Shown in pieces: positions 1 through 12,600 of a stretch of 64,000 nucleotides of DNA. The DNA comes from Paraspadella gotoi (Eukaryota > Animalia > Chaetognatha), in the NCBI GenBank assembly GCA_051294375.1, contig CM119265.1, forward strand, positions 9,122,772 to 9,186,771, in the 5' to 3' direction. The position numbers and the translations under genes are program-made. How positions within the stretch are numbered: position 1 is the first letter of the stretch; each line of letters starts with the position of its first letter. Below the pieces are notes generated by a model that had not been told where the DNA came from, did not search any database, and was given only the letters and a program-made list of their open reading frames with translations.

Positions 1-3000
1 AAGATTGAAAAAAGATAAACAAATAGAAATAATTAAATCAAGTTGTCTCAGCCTCAAGAGTTAAGATCTTTTGGATCATAGGAGCGCACAACGAAAATGC
101 TCTCACTCTCACTCTCTCTATGTCTCTCTCTCTCTGTCATTATATTTTACCTTAGGGGGTCTCAAGGATTAAGAATCGATCTTCCACAAAAAAAATAATA
201 AAATCAGGTTCATTGTCTTCAACCCCGCCACGAAATGTCAACGAGTTAAATTTAAATTTTCAAACAAAATCTTTCTCTCTATTTATTTATTAAATTTGGT
301 TAAACTTGTTTTAAATTTCCGTCATGAATTTAACCTTTAAAATCCTTTTATCGTCTCGTATTCCTGTAATTATATTTTCTCGTCAAAGTGTAATATTTTT
401 TCTTCAATAAATTTCATGAATCATCACTCAAAAAGGCATCGGGAAATTCTAACATTATTATATTCTCTTCCTTCTCAGTCAAGTTTGGATTGAAGACTAT
501 AATTAAGTAAATCGCGAAGTTGCTGAAAACAATGTTTTTCAGACTTGACTAAAAAAAATACACCCATGTGTACACTTTACACAGATATGACTCTAAGTTT
601 TACATTAAATATTTCTCATGAAATGCTGAACATAAAGTTCAGTCATGTAGTTATACTACTAAAATTGCTATAAAATTCGTTCTCAAACTTTTTAACGTTG
701 ATGATTGTCTTCAATTACTGTTTTACAAAATTAACAATGATCAAGTTGTCCCCTCTACTGGGGCTTTATGTATTTTTTTTCGCTCCGGCGAGTACCTACT
801 TATTGGATTTCTATCGAGCGGCAAAGGTCGTTAAACTCGTTAACGACAAAAGGCGTTTCACGAAGAAAAAACCAATTGTCATGGTATTAAAAAACTTAAC
901 GAGGCGCCGCTGAGCGAGAACGGGTTCTTAGGCGGGAACGCCGCTTTCTTTCTTTGAATTTTCCCTTTACCCAAATATTGTATGTCGTCATTTGAGTTTT
1001 CGGATTAAGATTAAAGAAAAAAAAAAGGAAATTAAGGAGCGTTTTAAGAGCGTTTTTTTTTCCGATGACGAAACGATTAAAAGGTTAAAAGGATTTCTTT
1101 CGGAGCGCCCGTCCACTATCATGACCGGCAGCGAGGAGTAGAAAATCCAGTTTTTCTCTTCGATTTTTCGAAAAATCACGTCGGTTCGGGTTGGGTCTCA
1201 ATTTGGGACAACTAGTTTTCCCCGCGGCAGGAAGAAGAGCGGAGCGTGGGGCAAAATTGGGGGAAGAGGGAAGGGGGGGGGTTGTCGTTGTTTAAAAAAC
1301 AAACAGCTGCAGGTTTAGAGGAATAGGATTGGAGGCGTCATGATGATTATTTTTACAATCTTTCTCTCTCTATCTCTGTCTCTCTCTCTCTCTCTCTCTG
1401 AGAGCTCTAAAACTTCTTATTATTCTTTACCAAATATATATAAAGTGAAAACTGAACGAAAATGGTAAACAAAATAGTTAGTGGAGTAATATAGAGAAAA
1501 ATAAAGCGACTGCGATAAATACAGCGACTTCAAAAAGAATCGTTTCCCCAGCAAACGATAATGACAATGATGACGACGAATACAGCAGTAAAGACTTCGA
1601 CGATGTCGAAATGAATAACAATTACAGAACTTCGAATCACGAACGAAGAAAATGAAAAAAAATAAAAAATAACGAGAAGCGATCCGATTGTTGCACTAAG
1701 AAAAAAAACACGATTTTTTTTATCATTTCTCCCGAGATTCTTCCCTTCAACTTTTCGACTTTGTAAACAAAAACAGTAAAAATCCAAAACGAGGTTTTCG
1801 ACGGTGAGGTATTTTTTTGGTTTGATGTTCTTGTAAATTCGTCGCGACAGAAAAAAGTCTGGATGATGAATTTCATAACTTCGAATTTCCTCGTCCGCTC
1901 GTCCTCCGTCGAAGCCAGCGGGAAAAAGTTGTAAAAACTTTTTTTTTCAGCCGATGATTAGCCAGTAGTTGGCTCTCTCCTAACTCTCGCGGATTGAGAG
2001 TGAGAAAGTGAGAGAGAGAGAGAGATAGAGAGAGGGAAGAGAGGGTGAAAGCAATTGAATAAAAAACAGCTTTAAAAAAAAAAAGAGAGAGAGAGAGCCT
2101 GTTCGTGGATTGGAATCGGGGTTATTGAGTGAAAAAAAAATCGTGTTTTAAAATTTAAGTAATAGTAGTATTTTTAAAATGACAATTTTTGAAAATTTTG
2201 GTTACAAAACTGCAGCTTCTCAGAAGTATTTTTAGTTAAATTTTAGTAAATAAAATCGAAGAAAATGATAAAAGTCAGTAAAAATTTTACGATAAATTAG
2301 ATAAAATAATCACTTTAAATAATCTGGATTAAGTTTCATTATTAAATTTTTGTACATTAGCAAATTATTTATTAACCAAATATTTTGAACTGTTTTTCAG
2401 TCCATCATTAGAATCTAAAAATTATATAATATTTTTTTGTTAAAATTTAACCAATTAATCGATTAATCAAGTTAATCCCATTTAAAAAAAAGAATAGAAT
2501 AATTCAGCCAATCAATGAATTAATCCAATTCAGCATGAAGCCTTTTGTTTTACGCTAAGTTTCTCCGCGCGAAGTGACGGCGCTGACATCGAGGAGAATC
2601 AAGAGACAGAAGGGAATGGCAGCGTCCTGCGCTTGTCGCCTAACAAAGAAATTTTTTTTAGCTTCTTCAATGAAGACTTCATCATTTCAAGTTTTATCGT
2701 CGCATTACAAGCAATTATATATTTTTCATGAGCTTTCTTGCCGTGTCAAGCTTTCGACCTCGATAAGATTTCATTAGTGGGTTTTAATTCACGTTTTGTT
2801 ATATTGGTTTTTATAAGTACGGTCACGAGGGTTTTAGGTCGGCATCGTGGTGGTCAGTGATATCTTTCGATAGACCTCATTGACTATTTTATTGGATTGA
2901 CTATCTTATTGGATTTTCACTTCAACGAAATTACTTTTGGTTGTTTTTTTTATCAGATATAACGAGGGAATATACCTTCGTTTTAAATTGACTTTGGTCA

Positions 3001-3041
3001 ATCCTTCCCTCGTTACCTGTCGGTGGTTCGAGCCCGTGGCC

Positions 3042-6000
3042 ATGTCGGATCCCGTGAAGCCTAATCGTGGTCACAAAAAGGCCGGGAGTGGCGGCAGCGG
3101 CGGTGGCGGCGGACATTCGTCCTCGACTTCCGGCGTCGGCAGCATTCATCGCAGCTCGGCCGGCGCCAAGAGCAAGGACTCTTCGGCGTTGCTCATGTCC
3201 GTCATTCGCTCCTTGTCCGCCAGTTCGGACGACCACCAGCAGAGAGAACAGGAAAAAGCCAAGTTGGACAAGGTTCGTCTGGTTGGCACCTTCTGGCGGA
3301 ATATGGTTAATTATAAAATAAATAGCTATATGTTTCCTTTCCCCTTTTAACCAGGCGTACAACCAATCCGACGAACGATTGGGCAAATTGGTCTCCGCTC
3401 ATTATTCTGATTTGACGACGATTGTCAAAGTTTTCAGCCAAGTCTCTTCGCGAATCACTGAGTCTAAGCACAAAGTCAAAGACGTCAAGGACAATTTAGC
3501 TAGGTGTAAGATGCTCCTACAGTGCAAGCGAGAGGAGCTCAAGCTTCTCTGGATCGAGTCGCTGGAGCAACGAACACTGGTGGATTTACTGTCGAAGATA
3601 GAGCGCGTGCGCGACGTCCCGATGCAACTGGAAGCCTTCATGCGTGGGAAACGTTATTTGCACGCGACGGACCTGTTGGTGACGTCGGTGACGGCGCTGG
3701 AGCACGACCTGGGCGAAGTGGACGCTCTCCGCGACCTTCGTTCTGAACTCCTCGCCAAGAAGGAGGAGCTGCATCAAGTCTTGATCGATGAGCTTCACCG
3801 TCAGATCTACATTAAAGCGCCGTCGCCCGTCATCAAATACTTTTCTCAAAATGGATCCATCCTCCATCAAAGCGGCAGCGTCGCTTCGATCGGGCCTCTA
3901 ATCGGCGGCGTGGAAACCTTGCTTTCGCCCTTGTCCATGGGTCCCGCCATGAAGAACAAGTTACAAGCCGGCAGCGCCGGAAGTGCGCCGGGCACGCCGG
4001 CCAAAAAGCGCTTGGAAGCGGGCGCAGAAAAGGCAGAGGCGGAGATTGAGGTCGATACCGTCTTGGAATCCTTGGAGGAGGCCGACCCCGAGGAAAACCT
4101 CGAAAAGTTCGTGGCGATTTTGGTGGAGTCTCTCTCGAGACTCGGGAAGCTGCCGGAAGCCATAGAGCAGATTAAAGGGAAAATGCAGAGCGAGCTCATG
4201 GCGGTCGTCTCGCGATCGAGTCAGCAAGTGTCGGATAGTGTCTACGCCGCCGGACCGAATTTCTGCGGTTCCGCGGTCACCGTCCCGACAGCGTCCCCGC
4301 CGAAAGCAGCAACCTCCGTTTCGCAAACGCCAACTTCGCAACAACAGCAATTGTTATTGGAGCTCCTCGAGCTAATTTTTCAGCAATTTCTCTGCATCTT
4401 TCACGCTCACAAACTGTGCTACGCTAAACTGAAAAAAATTCACGACCAAAACGCCTTTTCCGACTTGATTCTTTACGAAATGCCGCATGTTTGGTCCAAG
4501 ATGCAGACCGTAATCCAGGTTCTACTGAGTGACTATCTCGACGTCAAGAATACAGCGACAACGCAGCAGACGCCGCCGGCCGACCTCCTCACCGCCGCTT
4601 CCAATATCAACTCTTTCTTTACTAAGAAGCGTCAGCCGCAGCGAAAGAAGTTTTCGCTTTTTCGATTCGACGCTTCCTCTCACGCCATCAGCATGAATCG
4701 CTATTTGAGGGAGCAGCGCCAAGAGGTCTACGCAGCCGGTCTCAGCAACGACGCCACCAACGGCCCCTCGGGCTCCGGCGTAGACGCCAACGCCGCCGCT
4801 TCGGTTTTGGGACCAGAAGCGGCGACCGCGTCTCTACTTCATGTTTGTCCGCCATCTGCTTCGAACATTAAGGTCGTTTTCAAGCCGCTTCAGGCTTTCA
4901 TCGTTCAAATGGAGGCGGCGTCGTCTCGAGCTTCGCCGACGGAGGATGCCACCGTCAACGGCATCGAGAGCGCTGCCCCCACGACTTCGACTCTTCACGC
5001 ATTCATTACTGACTTTGTCACCAACATCTTCATTGGTCACGTTCACGGTGAAGTCTCCAAACACATCGAGCACGCGACGCGAGGGTTCGACGCCAGTCTG
5101 CGAACCGTCGTGGATCAGCAGACTCAGAGGTCTCTGGGTGCTTTTCGACCCTTGCTTCAAAGCACAGTTTCCGTCGACAGCAGTTTCCAAGAGTTGCGCA
5201 GCTTAATGAAAGGAATGCCAACTTATGGTGTCCAATTTCTTTCCATGGCGGCCGGAGTTTTGAAAGAATACAAGGACACTTGCTTCGCTTATTATAAAAG
5301 TCTGGTAATGGCCGACTCTGACGATAAGCGGATAATCAGCGCCAACTGGGCCAAAGACGAGGATATCAATCGTTTCCTTCGCTGCCTTCCTAACTGGATC
5401 AACCTTAAGGAGATGGACTACGACGACGATTCCGTCTTAACTTTGGGCATCTCCGGCGACGCCGACGCCAACGCCCGTCCGGGGATTTTGCAGCACCAAC
5501 CGTCGCAAGAGTCCGTAGAAGAAACGAGGGCCCGGAACTCCAAAGAGACGGAAATCTTAATGTCGAACTTGGGCGGGGATTCCTCCATCCCGCCCTCGGA
5601 AGTTCTCACAGATTTCCACCGCCTAAAGACGCTAGCACACCTTCACGAGAGCCTCGAGTGGTTTTCCCGTCGCGTGACGCTGATGAGAGAGAGCCTTCCC
5701 GATCCTTCGCCAGAGACGCTGGCCGATCAGCACCTGGTGAAGGTGGCACAAGATTTCCAGTCATTGGCGGAGACTTGCCTCCTAACCTTGCACTTGGAAG
5801 TCCGCGTCCACTGCTTCTATTATCTTCTCCCAGTCGCCAAGCAAAGCAACTATTTTGGTGCAATCGACGACCTCGATCCCGACCTTAACGTCTCCAAGCT
5901 GAACAAGGACCTCATCTCCATCGAGGAGGCGCTCGTCTCCAGTCTGCAACCGGCCAAGTTTCGCTACGTCTTCGAGGGTCTCGGGCAAGTAGTCGCCTCC

Positions 6001-6336
6001 ATCCTCATCAATTCTACGCCGTCGTTAAAGCGCATCAACGAAAATGGCGTCAAAAAGATGTGTCGCAACATCTTCGCCATTCAGCAGAATTTGACCAACA
6101 TAACTATGAGTCGCGAAGCGGACTTGGATCACGCCAGGCAGTACTACGAGACCATGTATCAGACCGTTGACGACATTCTCAACGGGATTCGAGAGCAAGG
6201 GGCTCAGTTCTCCGAATTGGAGTACGTTAACATGCTGAACCTTCTCCATAGATCGCGCACGGGGAGCGAAGAACTTCATCGCGCTCAGCTGGCGAAGTTA
6301 AAAGAGATCCTTCATTCTGCCATCTTGGACGTTTAA
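3042..6336 (+). CDS. EXOC4: Exocyst complex component 4 (Sec8); 2 exons, 3042-3272 and 3355-6336
   Basis: N-terminal SALLMSVIRSLSAS..QREQEKAKL spliced in frame via a GT-AG intron to AYNQSDERLGKLV; Sec8 motifs KRIISANWAKDEDI, LHLEVRVHCFYYL, GVKKMCRNIFAIQQNLTNITMSREADLDHARQYY. Confidence 0.95.
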
Positions 6337-6694
6337 TCTTTTGACGTTCTAAACTTTACGAATCCTAGCAAAAAAAATGCTTTACTTGTTTTTTTTTATG
6401 ATTTTCTAGTCAAGAGTATTTATGAGCGTTTGTATTTTTATTCATGAGACTCCTATACCTTTTCGAATACAATTTTTTCTGTTTGCTGGCAACATTATAT
6501 AATTGTTGATTTCCAATCAATATTTAAAACTTTAAACCAAATTCTATTTCATTATTCAGAACATTAAATTTATCTCCGTGCATCAGCATGAAAAATTAAC
6601 GCAAATAACTCGTGACCTACTCGCCCGCAGCGCCGAATCGGCGCATCACGAAATCTTTTAACCCATAACCAAACAATATCATCCCGACATCACC

Positions 6695-9600
6695 ATGCCG
6701 GCGCCGTTAAACTTCGGCACGGCCGGCAGCAGTAGCTCAGGGGCCGGAAGCGGCGATTCGAAAAACTCGGGCGTCACTCCCGACGGCTCTTCAAACGAGG
6801 GCGTCGAGTGGATGTACATCACTCCGAGAAAGAACGGTTGTAACTCTGGTGGGCGTTGCATGATTCGCCAGTCCAAAGTTCAGGTTGGTTTAGTTTTCAA
6901 TAATGCGATTTTTATGATACATAGTGTTAGTAATAATAGCTTGATTTATTTTGTTAAATAATAATATATTACGCCATAATTTAAGTAATTTTCTTCAAGT
7001 ACCTTTCACGTAATTTAATTTTTTAAAATTCACGAAAACGACAATCACGAATCAAAAGAATTCTAAATAATTTATTTGGGCATTGGTCTAATTATTTACA
7101 GTCGACAACCACCTCCCTATCTACTTGATAATTTATATCTTTTTTATAAGGAAATTTGTTACAATTTCTTAATCTTATATAACAATAAAAATTATACTTT
7201 GACATAAAAATGATGAAAATGAATTGAAACGGACCAAAAATATTCGAACGGCCACTTTAAATTTTCCACTATTTCGTAACCCTGTTAAGTGTTTACCCAC
7301 CTCTTCAAACACCTGTTAAAAGCCAAATGAAAAAGAAAAACTCATCCCTCGCAGTGTTACATCAACGACGAGGATGACGCGATCTACCGACCCGGCGACT
7401 GCGTCTACCTCGACTCGGACCGACCGGACCAGCCCTACTTCATATGCTCCATCGAAGACTTTCGTCTCACCAAACGTGACAGCGTCATCGTCGACGTCAA
7501 GTGGTACTATCGACCCTCGGAAGTCCCCGATTCCGTTTACCGCCATCTCGTTCAAGACAGGAACATGGAACACCGAGACGATTTGGGTTAGGCTTTTCTC
7601 GGAAATGTTTCTTTAAAATTTATTTCGGAAGCGCAAATAAAGTAAAAATACCTGAATTTTACGGAAATAAGTTATTAATTAAGATGTTTAGATCTTATTC
7701 TCTCGAGATATATGCGTAATAATTATAATTAATCTCTTCTGTTCACGTTTTCGATATAGACAAAGAGAAGATCGAGACGCTACTCCGCGATCCCGTCGCT
7801 CGCGGACGCGAACTTTTTTGTTCGGACGCGACCGACTCGTACCCGACTTCGGCGCTTCGAGGTCGGTGTACGGTCGTTCACTATCAAGACATCAAAGCCG
7901 CCACAGAATTTCAGGTTTACTTTTGAATTTTTCCATTCTATATCTCGGTTTCTCAATCGTCTCTTAAACGGCCTTCTTATTCACAGGTGGATCAAGACAA
8001 GTTTTTCTACATTCTGGGCTATAACCCCAAGACGAGGCGCATGGCCTCCGTGCAGGGCGAGATTCGCGTCGGGCCGAGCCATCAAGCCAAACTGCCCGCT
8101 TTTCGCCGCGACGTCTTGCCCGCCGCCATGCCCGAGCGAACGGAAGATCACGAGAAGCTGTCTTGGCGACCCACTGGCATCGACGACACTGGGCTCGTCA
8201 TGTACATCCGTGCCGCGAGGTGAACACCGGACGTTTATACAAAAATTATGAGTTAATTCTTTTGCGAAGATTTATTCTACCGGTATAATATTTATTATTC
8301 AATGTTTCAATTGTACATTATAGAAAAGCTATACCAAAATAAAAATGTTCTCCAAAATATTACAATTATTCCCTAAAATCTGTCGTTTTTTATAGGTCGA
8401 TGGCCGCCTACGCCGGCATTTGCGACGGCGGGACTCCTGACGAAGGCTGCCTAGCAGCTTCGAGGGACAAGACAACCTTTAACGCTTTAAATATGGTTGG
8501 TCTCCAGGAATTATTTGTTTTTGCTTACCAAGACAACGACGATTCTCTCAACAAAATCCATTTGTTTTTCCATGGAACAGTTGCACCGTTGCAGCTACGA
8601 CCCGGCGCGAGCCCTCCAAGCCCTGGTCCGCCATCCGATGCCACGCTCCATCGAGAAGAAGTGGGACGATGAAGACAATAAGAAGTTCATGAAAGGACTC
8701 AGACAATACGGGAAAAATTTTTTCAAGATTGGCACGGAATTCCTGCCTCATAAGAGCACATCGGAACTTGTCGAATACTACTACTTTTGGAAGAAGAGCC
8801 CGCTCGCCGCCGGAAATCGACCGCATCGCCGGTGAGTGAATTGCTAAAATTGACATGAATTTAAAATTTATGCAAAATCTACGCAAAAAGGGCGTTACTG
8901 TTTTGCTGGATTGTAATATACGTTATATCCTTTAGTTTTATAAAAGTTAGGCAATTTGAATAAGTTTGTTAAAAGATAAAGCGATTCCTGATATATTAAA
9001 ATTGACTAGCAGTTTGGAAATTTGTTGCTTCAAAGAATACAAATGAAAAGGTATTTCATTTGAAGATAGGGATGGGAAAAATCTTACGCATATATTTATA
9101 ATTTATTTTTTTAAAATTGTTTTTTTCCCCCTTTTTACAACCAGATTATGGTATGGATAAATAATCAATTTGACAGTAGGCGATATTTATAAACAAAATT
9201 TCGGTGCTTTTGGTTTGTATTTGTCGGTTTCATATATACTTGTAGTACAGCTAACGGTTTCAACTGTTTTTCTATAAAATTAAAAACATTTCGTGGATTT
9301 CAAAAAACATTGGTACTTAATGTATCCGATATAAGTAGGTATAGTGATTCATGAACTTAACTAAACTTGGCAACTGTTTTTAGTCAACCTCAAGTATATT
9401 GCTTCTCGAAAAACTGATTTTACACGATTGGTGTTACTAAAAAAAATAAGACCCAAGCAATAATCAACCACACGCATTTCAAAATTATTTTTTTCGCCAA
9501 AGGAGCCTTTGTTTTGCATATTTGCATGCGGACTTTGCCGACTCTTAGAGCGCTCTAGCTTTAACTCTTCCTTTAACTCGATCCAATTTAATGTAGGCAT

Positions 9601-12600
9601 CGCCGACCCCCCAACGCCCTGCGGACGCCCAGCTCGAAGTCTGGGAGTCGTAACGGATTTCTACCCGAGTCTGGAGGTAGCTCGACCCCTAGCGGCACCG
9701 CCACCCCGCCAACCGCCACCACCCCAACCCCTGGATCCGCTCCCTCAACGGCTTCCTCGTCGACCGCGACATCCGCGACGACAACGACCGTCTCCGCCTC
9801 GACCACCGCCTCCGCCATAACCACATCCGCCACTACCACCTCCACCACAGCCACCACCTCCTCCTCGGGAACGAACGCCACTACGACTCCCTTAAACCCG
9901 CTGAATCCGTTGGGCCTTCCTGGCGCCTCCAAAACGCCGCCGCCGACGCCCTTCGACAGTCGATCCTCGGCGTCGGAAGACGATCTCGATTCCGACGATT
10001 CCGACTCGAGGGACCCGTCGAGCGCCTACCAGTGTCAACACTGCTTCACTACCAGTGAGTTCGGTCAAACGCTAACATTCTTTTAAAAAGTAAATCCTGT
10101 TGATGGAGACGACAACAATCCCCCTCTAACACTGTCCAATAGATTTTATACTGTAATTACTGTATGCAAATGAAATCGATGAGATAAATCTCATTTTTCT
10201 TTTAAACAAAAGTTCATCTCTTTTGTAAGTTACGTATGTTTTGAGAATGCTTAGAATAAGAAACTGAGGAAATAGATCATAATATAAAACCCCGACACTG
10301 GCAAATCAATAATCATATCACGTGATCTGTATGAGAAAAGAAAGGTTTAATAGAAAATAACAATGATAATTAATGGAAATTACTCTGAATTATAAGTAAA
10401 GTTTTTATTAATTAAACATGAACAAAATACATTTATTTCCATTCGGACATTTGGCAAAAGTTTGTCCAACAAAAACGTTTGTTACTCCTCTTCAACCCTC
10501 ATTATCGATGCAGCTTCCAAAGACTGGCACCACGCTGGCAAAGATCGCCTGCTCCTCTGCACCGAATGTCGCCTGTTTTTCAAAAAATACGGTCACCTCA
10601 AAGGAGAGCGATGCGACGATAGAGGTGACTTTCTTTTCCGGCCTCTCAATCCGCCAGAGTCTCCTCTCAGGTCAGTCAATGTTGTCGAATGCTTTCCTTT
10701 TTTGGCAACGAGTTATGTATTGTGTAATGCCTATAACTGTGTTTCAGGTCGCCACTGTGGGACAGGCATAGCGCCGCCATTAACCGCAAAGTTCTCCGCG
10801 GTCTCGCCCGCGACGATGATGACGACGACGAAGACGACGAGGATGACGAAGAATGCGACAATCCCGAAGGAGGAAAAGAAAGAAGGAAACGACGAAGACG
10901 GAGACGGGAGAGTTTCAGCTCTTTCGATAGCGACCGTAAGGGAGAAATCAACGATTTTCTTTTTCTTTTTCTTTTTCTCATTTATTCTTTCCTCTTTCGC
11001 GATTCAGTTTCTATGAGCGACCGAAAGAGAAGGCGGCACAACTTGGATCCGTACGACAGTCTCTCCGATGCCACGACGGAGGAAGACTTTGACGACGACG
11101 AAGAGGACGATGATGGCGACGAAGAAGACGAGGGCGATAACGAGGTAATAAAAGATGGAGAAGTCGAATCTCTCGATGTCGCGATGAACAATAATCATTT
11201 CAAACCTATTCTTGAAACTGTCATTCTCTCATGTATTATCCTAGACGCCCGCTTCTCAAAAAAATGAGATGTCCGATGGCGCCGAAGATGCTCCTTCGGC
11301 GACGCCGATTCCAAACGGAATCCACGAAAGATCTGACGATGACCACGAAGCGCCAATGGTCAACGGTCACGCTGGTACGCCTCCACCTCCGTCAGAGGGT
11401 CTTGTCAATGGAGACGCCGCCGCCGACGAGCCTGAGGAAGTTTCTTCAACTGCGCCTCCTGCCGGTCACCCTATGTCGGCTCATCCTCATCCTTATTCGA
11501 CTTACCCTTACCCTTATTCTCATTACCACTACCCTTATTACTATCACGCGGCGGCACATCCTGGCGGACCGCCTCCTTCCGCGCTCTCTCCAACCGTTGC
11601 CACGGGTGGGGAAATAATTATAATAATAATCATAATCATTATAATTTACATTAATAATCAGTATGTATATAATTATATATATATAATTATATATATAATA
11701 TAGATTTAATTACTTAAACTTACAAAATCGCGTTAACTTACTTTATTAGACCCCGCCTCCACCACCAATGGACCACCTTCTTCTACCGCCTCTCCAAGAC
11801 CTGACGAACCTACGTCGACTTCGGCTTCGACCACCACGTCTTCACCGCCGCCGCAGCATATGACATCGAGGCATCCGTCTCATCCGGGATATGCATCTTA
11901 TCCTCCCGGTTCTGTTCCGGGACATCCAGGGACCACAGTTGCTGGACTTCCACCCGGTTCGGTTCCTGGTCATCCATCAGGTTCGGTACCCATTCAACCT
12001 GTGAGCGTGCATCCGCCCGGAACGACAGCCAATCATCCCGGGAGCTCTGTACATGGACATCCACCCGGAGCTATCCCTGGTCATCCGCCTGGTACAATCG
12101 CTGGTCAACATTCTCAGACAATACCTGGTTCACACCCGAGCACTGCATCTGTTCAACATGGTTATCCTCCAGGCCATCCGCCGACGATGGTGAATGGCGA
12201 AAGACCTGGACAATCATCACCGCCCGGGCGTCCCACCTCCGGTAGATTGAATTGTTAATTATAATAAATACTTCTCCGGTTTATCTCGTAACTTTAATGA
12301 ATCAAAATTCCGCCTTAGTTCTCGCTCCATCCGGCGCCTCTAAGCCAACGACAATGGCGCCCTCTACCGCTTCTGCAATGAGGACGACGACGACGACCAC
12401 AACCACAACGACTTCTACTTTGGCGGCTGGTAAAGATTATTTTTCAGGCCTATTTAATTTTTTTTAGAGACATAAAATGTATTCACTCTTTTAAGTTTCC
12501 CCAATATTCTCTTCAGGGTCTATTCCCGCAACCGTGGCTCCTGCCTCGACGACGGCCGAAACCTCGTCGGCCATGCATCCTAATCTCCCGCCGGGTCATC

